Shown here one piece after another: positions 1-10,900 of a DNA stretch of 64,000 nt. Both the position numbers and the translations under genes were made by a program. Source of the stretch: Asterias rubens (lineage: Eukaryota); contig NC_047083.1 of the NCBI RefSeq assembly GCF_902459465.1, forward strand, positions 1,488,001-1,552,000, written 5' to 3'. Position 1 is the stretch's first letter, and every line of letters begins with the position of its first letter. Below the pieces are notes generated by a model that worked only from the letters and a program-made list of their open reading frames with translations, searched no databases and was not told where the DNA came from.

Positions 1-1616
1 CGATGTGACCTATGTTTACATTCAAACCGCCCTCTGTTGACAAAACACTGTATACGTCATGTATCGCCGGGCAAAACTACGCGTAGCAGTCATGGTAAGA
101 TTGCATACACTTTCTAGCTGGCTGCCAAAACACGGTGTGTGCGCGAATCGTGTTATGGTTTTCGAGTGACGTCAGAGGTCACTATGTCAATAGAACTGTT
201 TGTATCCGTCGTTTTTTTCTTCTTTAAATACTAACAATTGTTAAATACACTTCATAAACAAACAGATAAAATACAAAACACCTTTAGTATTTGCGTGAAT
301 TCATTGTTCCTGTCTTTTGTCTAAGCGCAATCAAAAATAAATAAATAAAAGACGATTGATGTAATATCACATATATATACTTTGGCGCGCCATACAGCAA
401 AGGTTAATTAATGGGGAATTCCCTTTCCTCTCCATTGCACCAAGGTCGGCAGATTGTAAACATTTATTTTACCTTTTTCCGGTTGTGGATTGATTTGCTT
501 TGTCAAAGAAGGCCAGAGCTGGACATGAGTTTGTTTTAACGAAATAGTAAACTCATGCACCACATTATAATATTTCACTTTCATTAATGCATGTCTTTTG
601 TGTCCTGTACTTTGTAAATTGGCAACAACACAATAAGCCATTATACACATGACACTAGGTTTTGGTCAATTTGTCTGTACACCCAAACCAAACAATGCAC
701 TCCTGCTGTGTCCACCAAACCTCAAAAGAGCTAATTGGGTTTCCATGGTAATAGTCGATTAACTTGCACGACCCAGTATTCACCGTTGTTAATGTATTTT
801 TGGCAAAACAACTAGGCAGCATTGAAACGGGTGACTGAACATAATGTAGCACATTATATTAATTTCATGCATGAAAGTACATCGAGCCCCAAAAAAGTTA
901 ATCCTTACCAAGCCTGATACTTCACGGAGGCAATGAAGGCGCTTGCCCCCTGGTCAAATTGCCTTGGTGCCCTTAAAATACTACAAAGAAAATTTCAAAT
1001 TTCCTCATAGGGTACCATTTAACCAAGAAGAAAATGCCTTGGTGCCCTTGCCCTTTCAAAAACGAAGCATGCAGGTCTGACTATGTCAACATTGTATCAT
1101 TCTTCTCCCGAAGACGAGCTGTTCGAAACATCGAGACCAAAACGGCTCTTTTCTAAGCCAACACTCACCCTAAGAGATTTACACATGGTTGTACCCGCAA
1201 GTTTACTATTTATTTATCGTTTCTTCTTATTAAATCATTGATATGACGGTTGATTTATTGTGACTGATATGTCGAAAGGACGAGGGGGAAAGTAACGAGT
1301 TTAAAACGAGTTACTCGTCCTAAATTGAGATAGGATTAATCCTAACGTTTCGTGAAATCTTCTGCAGTTTTTGTTTTCACTTTCATAACTGCTAATTCTG
1401 TTGTGTATGTTGTATTTTCTTTTGACTTTGTGAAAAATTTGTGTCCTAGTCCGAATATGAACCCACTGGCGAATAGTTCGCTTGATATTATAAATAAATC
1501 AACATTGTGTGACGTCACACAAAATACTCATTATGTATGCTATATCACCGAAGTGACGGATGAATGTATGTGAGTAATGATGTTTCAAACGACGCATTGA
1601 GAAAGAAATGACCCAC

Positions 1617-1815
1617 CGTTTCTTTTCTTTCGCCGACGACCAACCGACAGATACCTCTCCATTAAAGGTTGATCCCTCTGCTCCTGTCCTTTGTCATTGC
1701 CACTCTTCCACTGTTCCACTATGTCATTTGTCACATCCACAGTTGAAATTGAAGCACAGCACACCACTACCATTGTCAGCGGTAGGGTGATGAGACAAAA
1801 TAAAACCACTTTCAT
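1617..1815 (-). CDS. Orphan first coding exon (gene Z): signal peptide + propeptide + polybasic cleavage site; remainder of gene not found in window
   Basis: Strong acceptor ttctttctctttttgcag (exon starts 1872), ATG at 1815, MKVVLFCLITLPLTMVVVCCASIST...YLSVGRRRKKRN, then phase-1 donor G|GTGGGT at 1617. Same layout as exon 1 of gene C. Confidence 0.6.
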
Positions 1816-1941
1816 GTCTTTGAGTAGGCCTGTTCAGAGCTAGATTTATGCAACCGTAATCTGGCTGATATCCTGCAAAAAGAGAAAGAACAATATTATT
1901 TGAGTTGCATGAGATGTTGCAAAACTTGTGTGACACGTTAC

Positions 1942-2283
1942 TTAAAGGGTAGGGATACTTTTTGAAGGACACAAAACACAATGTCCAAAGATTTACATTA
2001 AACACACACAGTTTGAAGATAATTAAGGTAGAAAGCTTCCCTTAAAATACCTTGCTGAGGTGCTGCAGTTTTTGAGAAATGAGTAAAAGAAGTCACGAAA
2101 ATAGTTCATGACATTCATGACATTGTTTTACTAATTTTCTCAAAAACTACAGCACCTCAGCAAGTAATATTTTAAGGGAAGCTATCTACATTATATTCAA
2201 ACGGTGTAAGTTTAATACAAATCTGTGGAAATTGTGTTTTGTGTTACAAAAAGTACCCATCTCCCTAAAAACGGGTCTTTACA
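1942..2283 (+). mobile_element. MITE family 2 copy
   Basis: ttaaagggtagggatactttttgaaggacac ... aaaaagtacccatctccc. Confidence 0.8.
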
Positions 2284-2591
2284 AAGTCCTCTTTTTTTTT
2301 GGGGGGGGGGGGTGTTTAAATTATTTATTAGATTTTTATTTAAATCGTTGTTGTACCTGTTGTTAACACATGAATCGAACTGCCACTTAGCAACAGGGCT
2401 GGTCAAGTGGTAAGACATCTGCTCCGGCAATGCAAAGGTCGTGGGTTCGAATTCCACCGAGTGACTTGTCTGTGGGATTTCCACAGAACTCGGGAAAGTT
2501 ACACAGTGGACATTGTTTAAATAATGTTACTTTTTGTTTTGAATAAATGCTAAATAATAAACTACCAAACGAAGGTGTATTATTGGGGAAT

Positions 2592-2592
2592 G

Positions 2593-2623
<31 letters not shown>

Positions 2624-2970
2624 AGTGTTATACTTGTTCAGATAGATGTAACAACACTATGACCCTGAACTTATGTTTCCAAAACTCTACGTAAAAATCT
2701 TAGTTGCAATCAAATAGTAACTATGTTACATGGTATAGCCTATAACTGGGCAAACTTGTGGAACTGCATCACAAAACCGTACACCCCCGTCACCCCCACA
2801 CCACGCCCCCCCCCCCAAAAAAACAAAACAAAAAAAAACCAAACAAAACCCAAACCCCCCCCCAAAAAAAACAAAAACAAAACAAAAACGAAGGCATACC
2901 AGTTAAAAACAATCATTGCCAAATGTTTTGTTGTTGCTGGCCTACGCCCCCACCCCCCCCCCCCCCCCGA
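2592..2970. repeat. Homopolymer-rich tract (30-G run, several C and A runs)
   Basis: G run 2592-2621; C runs near 2806, 2856 and 2949-2968. Confidence 0.9.
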
Positions 2971-4941
2971 TTATTCCATATGTCGATTTTAAGACTTTAT
3001 TTAATCAAACCATTTTGGTCATAGGCCTATTTTGCCTCTTTTTGGAAAGCCTATCGTATAATCGTCCATTCCTCTAGTGTTGTATTCAAAGAGGGGCACG
3101 CCACTGTTATTAGAAATTGTATTTGCTACTAAAACTATATCCATTTACACAAAGGTCAAAAACACTATAACAGTCGCAATTGCATTTTCACCCCACGTTT
3201 TTGTACATATAGCTCTATTTAGACTTGAATTCAAGTCTGAAACTGCGGTTTATTTCTCTGCATCAGCCACGCAGAATTCCCCCGCAGATTTGCTATCACC
3301 CCCACACGCACGCTCTAACTCGCAATCGTTGGCCAATGACGACGGAGGTTAATTTGCAAGCCGTGTCCGAAATGGCGACTAAGGCTACAGCTACGGCTAG
3401 ATCGCCCGCGTCTGCCTATTCTTCAACACTGGTAGACGCGCTGATCTAGACGTAGCTGTAGCCGAAGTCGTCGTTTCGGACACGGCCTTTGAACCAAGTC
3501 TAAGGACTACACGACATGGCGACAACGGTTGAGGTAGTACTGAGCTAGCTACAATGGAATATGCGTGTGTACATTCACAGTCATGCGGGTATACATTCAT
3601 GTTCATTTTGATAAACACCCGTTTGAAAATGAAAACCATTTCCGTAGCAGTTATATCCGTGGTATTTATATCTAACTAACGTGTCTGTGTCAATGATGAA
3701 TACAACACTGTTGAGTTTCAGTCGAATACAAGTTTTTTTTACAGAGAGTTAAAACTTATACCACTGAGGGAGCAAATTCATTTAAATTATAATAAATTCA
3801 AAAACACGTACCCTTATCGTATTGAAACTCATGTCGAGACTCGTCTTTTTATCGTGCATTTCGTTGAGATCAATGTTCAGTGCGGCTGCGGGAATTCCCC
3901 TTACATGTAATTCCGCCTAAAATGACCTAGCCTGTGACCGCACACAAAAGAGCCACCAAGCGTCGACTTTGGCGTGCACAGTTTTTTTTTAAACACATGT
4001 CATGACACGGCGAAACGTGCGGAAACAAGGGTGGGTTTCCCCGTTATTTTCTCCCGACTCCGATGACGGATTGAGCCTTAATTTTCACAGGTTTGTTATT
4101 TTATATATAAGTCGTGATACACGAAGTGTGGGCCTTGGACAATACTGTTTACCGAAAGTGTCCAATGGTTTTAATAATAATTGTATGACTATAAATATTA
4201 AAAAGAAAGAAATGCAGAGTGAAAAACAAAATCGGGTTGTATGAGGGCGCTATAACCACTGATAATATTATTATACATTATCATAAATTAATATACATTT
4301 TACATGTTATTAATGAGCAAGGGAGGCGCCCACGTAAATGACACTAAATGATTACTTATAGATACTGCTTTTATGTTGATTATTATATCGTTTGTTATTA
4401 TTAACATTATATTTCGGAGCGCGGCAACTTATAATAATACCCAATGTTAGCCAGGGCATCCCAGGTCTTGTAAAATGACCAAGTTTATTTGATATAGTTT
4501 GTTTTCAGTAAAGCAAGATCCAATTTGTTCATATTGGTTTAAAGGGAAAATCAATTATTAAAGGAACGACATACTTTCTGTTGCAAATGGCTGAGTCACT
4601 AACAAAGGCCCACCATATGTTTTTTTAATACAAAGGTTTTGTCCTAATTTTTACATATAATTCTGACCAATATTTTATAACGAACAAGTGTTTTTGGCCT
4701 TTCCTGTTTTCTACCTGAACGCTGAGCCTATAATACCCTGACTACAGGAAAAAAAAGAAGAAAAAAAAAAAAAAAAACACATTTACAGATAATCATTACA
4801 TGGTGTTACAGAAAACCTTTCTTTATCGTATTTCCAACATGCAAAGTTTCATCATACTTATATTATACATCAGCCAAAGAACAAGGCATATCAAAATGCA
4901 AAACTTTTTTTTTCTGTTGGGGGGGGGGATTTCTAGAAGCC

Positions 4942-7900
4942 TCATTCGTATTGATCTGGAACAAACTTCGACATCTGAAGAAAGCTCTATAAAAGAAAAA
5001 AAACAGACAAACCTCAAATTATTTTTCAGTTTCTATTTGTGAGTAGTAATTTTATAATTTATTTGTGGGCGAAATAATATACTGAACTCACATGAGCAGA
5101 AGTTGCCATTTTTTGCGTCATCTCCAATAACTTGAAGAAGTCTGGCCTGTCGGAGGGTTCTGGTGACCAGCAACTCTTCATCAAATCGTACCTTTAATTA
5201 AACAATCATAAAAATATGGTTTTTAAAACAGTGCTAAACATTCTTAACCATTAAAGGCAATATACACGTTTGTACATATCGTCAAGAACCAGTATTCTCA
5301 CCCAGTGTTGTGTATGCAACAAATTATTTTGAGGAATAACTAAGATAATTTCTCATTCTCATTGGGATGATATGTCACTCTGAAGCACTTTCCAAAATAT
5401 GAGAAAGTATACTAAATAATATGGAAAGATCCCGCCATCGCCGTTCGGGTCAATTATTCTGAGCCAAGGAGTTTTTAGAGTGAACGAAACTTACAGTTTA
5501 TCACTGCAATGAGATGGTTTTGGTAGGCGGAGCCCATCCTGTACAGCTCTGATGACGTTATTGACGTCCATTCCCGGGTAGGGATGTGAACCTGTCACAA
5601 CAATTGGGGGAGGGGGAGAAAAAAAGAAATATCTTAGCAAATTGCGCAGAATTTTGCTTTTTATAGTATTATTTTCTTTGTTTTCTTCGGTTGCTTGCCT
5701 GTAGTTGTGCTTGTCCCTTGTCTTTCGGTTTTGATGTGTAGTAAACAAGGGTCCCGATTTAGTGGGCCTGTGTGCCTGTTCGGGGTTTCCCTTTTGCACC
5801 AATGTAATTTTTTATGTTTTTGTGGAAGGTAATAACATAAAATAAAAATAAAATAATTGTATATACTTTTAAAAACTGTATTAAAGATCAATGGCTGTTC
5901 TGAAGCACCGTCAATTCTATACTGACCCCCAAAAGGTGCCTGGGTTGGATTTCACAAAGAGTTAAGACTGGTATTATCTCAAGTTAGGACGAGTTTACTC
6001 TTCCTAACTTAGGACTAGCCTTAAGTTTTAAACATCTCCTAGGACTATGTCCTAAGTTAACCCTTTGTAAAATCGACCCCTGAGGAGACATTGATAGCAC
6101 ATTTCTAACGTAGTGACGATAGTGGGGTCGATCTCACTGGGAGTGTCCTTTGGACCGACGTTGGCTGTGTGAGACTGCAACTGTTTGGAAGTTGATAATT
6201 GTTGACTCAGTCTATCTAAACACAACACTGAGCCGTAACCCCTTGGATCTTATGGACTCATAAATTAGAGTAAACTTTGACCTTTCGGTAACTTACCCAG
6301 GGTGAATATTTCCCACAGTAATACTCCATAGGACCATACGTCTGACATTGTTGTATACTTGTTCTCTACGATGGACTCGATGGCCATCCAACGGATCGGG
6401 ACATCACCCTGGCATGGATGGGGAATGTCAAAGAATAACACATTGTTAGCTTTAACCAATGGGAGACTTACGGTCCTTTATGCGGCTCGGAGCGTGCGCA
6501 CACATGCCCAGTTTTAGGGAGGTTTGGCCGCGCGTTATCTGAGCAAGAACGTGAACGTCAAAACAATTTGCTGTAAAAATCTCACGTTGTAAGCATACGT
6601 AAAATTACCTTTTCTCACGATAGGTACGTATGTGCAGACATCATACGTGAGCATGAAATAAGCCCAAAGTGATGACGTCGCCTAGAAATGACACATTTTT
6701 TTTCACGTTCAAATTGCTCGCGTACTATACTGACGAGAACTGTGAAAAAGAACCGTCCACAAGTCTCACACTGCACAGAGGTCGTTTGTGCATCTGAGCA
6801 TGCGCCTCTCTTAATATTTATGCATGACGTCATAATTCTTACCCAAAATGAGGCTATGGGCGCACGTCCCCCATCACTTGCAGTGGCTGCGCCCATCGCC
6901 TCGTTTTGAATTTGCATTGTGACGTACATCATGCATACATATTAAGCGAGGCGTATAGAGTGGTCTGGGTCGGTACTTATTGCGGTCGAAACAACCTAGA
7001 CTATTTTGGGGTCTTTTGTATAATTCAGACACAATATTTTTTTCGAGGATGGACATTTTTTTCCAACATTTATTCGGTCATCTGTACTTAATCTTTAGAC
7101 GTTTACTCACATTTGAGGACATTTCATATAGGTTCTCGAAAAGAACGTCTCGTGAAAATCCGAAATCTGACAATTTGCAAGTCAGATCCTCAGTCAGTAG
7201 GATGTTACGTGTCGCTAAATCCCTGTGGATAATCTAAAGGAAGACGAACAAAAAATGTTATATAATTGCGGTAACACAATGTGTGTATATACTTGCCAGG
7301 TAGAGTTCGTTCTTACAGAACTGTCTTGCTTTATTCTACTACCGCGGAGTAGATGTTCGGATGTTCGGGAGACTTCTCAGTTCTGAAAAGAACTGTCCTG
7401 CCTTTTAACTACTACCCGGGCGGATCGAAGGAACAGAAAATCCGCTGGGACTACTATTTTAGCGTATAGGATCGTGATTAACCGTACTACCGCGGAGTCA
7501 GTTCTTGAATTGGTCTCAACGTTTCGACGTGCTCTAGTCATCGTCAGGAGAAATGTTTACCCAATTCTGACAAAGCAGATGGAGTTTCCTAAAAAATGTG
7601 TGACTTTGTAGAAAATAATTTTGTTTGCAAAATAATCAGGCCCCATGCTTGCAAGTTTGTAACTTCCTGTCAAAGCTCATACTATTGTAACTGGCAATGC
7701 GACGTTCCATTCAAGAGAAATACAAACTGTTTTTTTTTTAAACATACCAGAAAACTGGTCTGGTCCCCTCACTTTGTTTATGCTCAAAACGTGAAACTAG
7801 GAATGCGACCAAAAGTCCCCGACTCACCTGCATGGACGATAGATACTCCATGCCACTAGCTATCTGATGAGCAAACTTCAGAATGAGGTCAGAGGTCAAA

Positions 7901-10900
7901 TCACAGGGCGAGGAAGCAGACCAGGACTTTCTCTTATCTCGTAAAAAACTCTGAAGGTTTCCTTTGGATGCGAACTCGAAGATCAAGCAGAAAGGCTCTT
8001 TGAGATTAAGCGATAAAGATTATGAAAAGAATGTTACACAACACCCGGAGCCAACGACTTTACGTTTCACCCGAAGGACGAAGCATCGTGGTTTTAACAG
8101 TATGGCTTAAAGACACATGTTTCACCACTGGGACTCGAACCCACACTCTGCTAGTCAGGGGTGGATTTCACAGAACTTAGGACTAGCCCTAGGCAATGCT
8201 AAGAGATAGGACCAGTCTTAAGTTAGGATGAGTTACTGGTCCTAACTTAGGACTGGTCCTATCTCTTAGCATTGCCCAGGACTAGTCCTAAGTTAGGACT
8301 ACCTTTGTGAAATCCACCCCAGAATACCAGAGCTTGAGACAAGTGCGCTTGACCGCTCGGCCACGACATGATGTAAGCACTAAATGGGTTCCCCTCTCAC
8401 CCTGTGCAAAGATCTGCATTATAATACACCTGGATGAAGGGAAGCAACTTATGGTTAGGTCTGATGGACGAGCGCACAAACATATGAGATTCGAGCCCAC
8501 CTTTCAATGACTATTGCTTTAAGAACTTGAGACTTATGTCAGAGACGACTTAACCACAATCTGATAAAATACAAATTACCTTTATCCGTACAGCAACCCA
8601 GCAACTCTATGATGTGTGGGTGCTGTTCAAGCGTCTTACACACATCCAGTTCCTTCATGAAACCTGACACGTCATTAGATGACACCGAAGCTGTGGAAGC
8701 AGTTTGTAAATTCTATATTAGAATGATACTGTTGATTTCAAGAAGAAAGATGATAAGAATTGGGATCTTATCAACTTCTTCTGATAGCGCCCTCCTTTGA
8801 ATCATAAAATGACAAGTGTTGAGTATTGAGTTTTGAGAGTGTATTGAGCCCTACCTTTAAGCATCTTCACAGCTACAGTGTGTTTCTTGCCATCTTCTAA
8901 GATGCCATCTGCAATCGCCATGTACACCACACCAAACGACCCCTCGCCAAGAACATTCAGCATCTTGATTCGCTCCCGGGGAAAGTTGTCCCTAAACGTC
9001 TTGGGTTGGTTGAGAATGTCCAGTGACACCGAACATTTCTTCGACAGCCTCTAAAATCGGTAAAAAATAAAGAGACTCAAACTTGTGATCGAGTTTTCAG
9101 ATCGCTACGACTACCTCACATTTCCACAACAATTTGCTCCAGGACTATACTTAAGACGAGCAAGGTTTTAAACTTTAAGACTATACCTACCGTTGCTTTC
9201 AGAGTAAGTCATTTTAAAGGAGCTCTAGATTAAAGGAACACGTTGCCTTGGATCGGTCGAGTTGGTCGTTGAAAAGCGATTGGAACCGTTTTTTATGGAA
9301 TCCATATGATTAGAAAGATATTTTAAAAGTAGAATATAATGATCCACACAAGTATCACTCGAAACTGCGTGGTTTTCCTTTTACCTCGTCGACATATACA
9401 CGGTCGGCCATTTATGGGAGTCAATTGTTAGTTCCCAAAGTAAAAGGAAAACCACACAATTTCGAGGCAAATGTGTGTGGATGATTGTATTCTACTTTTT
9501 AAACATCTTTCTAACCATATGCATTTTATAACAAACGGTTACAAACGCTTTTCAAAGACCAACTCGACCGATCCAAGGCAAGGTGTTCCTTTAAACACAA
9601 TGTTTATCAACAAGTTGTACAAGTTACTCCCCACTAAATACCATGCAAAGCTTGAAACATCACTCAGACTGCTCAAGTGTATTTTGTGTGTCGATGAGTG
9701 AGACCGGGATTTGAAAAATGGAAAATGTTTTTTGTAATTTGTTTTGACTGGCTGGCAGTTTTTGTTTACGCGGAAAGTATCAAAAATGGGAAGCGTAGTA
9801 GTAATCTGACAAATATTGAGACTAGATTAAGCTATTAACATAACCCGATATCTCCAAAAGAGAATCCCTACCTTTTTTGATATGACGCTTAGACGACTCA
9901 GATCTGTGACGTCACGGGCAGGGCTCCATTTGAATTTGATGGTCTTGCATGCACCGTATACAGCGAATGCGCAAATTAAGAAAACGGCCAGGGCTAGTAT
10001 TGCCGCCACAGAGAGTAGTATCAAAATACCTGTAAAGGTTAACATGAGTTGAAAAACCAATAGGAGACTTTCCAACACTAGGTGGCAGCAGACATACCGG
10101 GTAAATTTCCATTGTTTACGTAGTTCTGAACATGCGCATAATTCTGAGAACAATGGATTTACCCGGTAAGTCTGCTGCCCTCTATCGTCCCAGAAAGTCT
10201 CCCATTGAAAGAAAGTGCAGTCGAACCTCTGAATTTGGCATTGTGGTGAAAGTGCTTTACCAACAGAAATATATTTGGCTAGTGCGGGATTCGAACCTCC
10301 AAGATTTTAGGTTTGAGATTATGGCCTGGGATGGTGCAAAGTCCCACTTTTCTGTTATAAACAACCCTACCCAATAAGCCACTTCGGAGTTCCAGCTGCG
10401 CATGTCTGTTACTGCTGACAACGCATGTTGTCTATCTCCAATAACCTTTTGACAACACCAGCGGGTATTGTCAAAAGGTTGCGTGAGATAGACGAAACCC
10501 GTAGTCAGCAGTAACATACATGCGCCACTGACATTCCGAAGTGGCTTGTTGCCATTACACCCGCTGACTAATGAGCAGTGCTGGGGATGTGTCCTTGTTT
10601 GGGTACGAGGTTGTTTAGTGTGTCAGAGAGGAGAGATTTTGGAAAGTTGTTGGTTTGACAACAATCGATTGAAACTAAATAGTTATTGACAACATGTCTG
10701 GTGGTGTAGATGCTTTTCTATAACGTATTCGATGTTTTGGATAACTACCAAGATTTTCACCCTCGTTCAGAATATGGCAGCGCGCCATGTCGTGCCCGCC
10801 GATTACGAAAAAAACAAATGGGAACAAGGTTGAACAGTCCTACACTCACTCCTTTCTACGGCAACAGTGACTGTTAACTTCTGGTACGTTTTGTTGTCAG

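Noticed and set aside
473-834. Possible Ig exon of gene Z (acceptor at 834, phase-1 donor at 473, FEVWW and YCVV words)
   Set aside because: Needs two frameshifts to read through, and cysteine spacing does not give a convincing Ig fold; at best a pseudo-exon.
2385-2500. tRNA genes at ggttcgaa/ttcgaacc motifs (2385, 8127, 10270, 15175, 46100, 51660, 54255)
   Set aside because: Only partial A/B boxes followed by shared SINE bodies; no complete cloverleaf.
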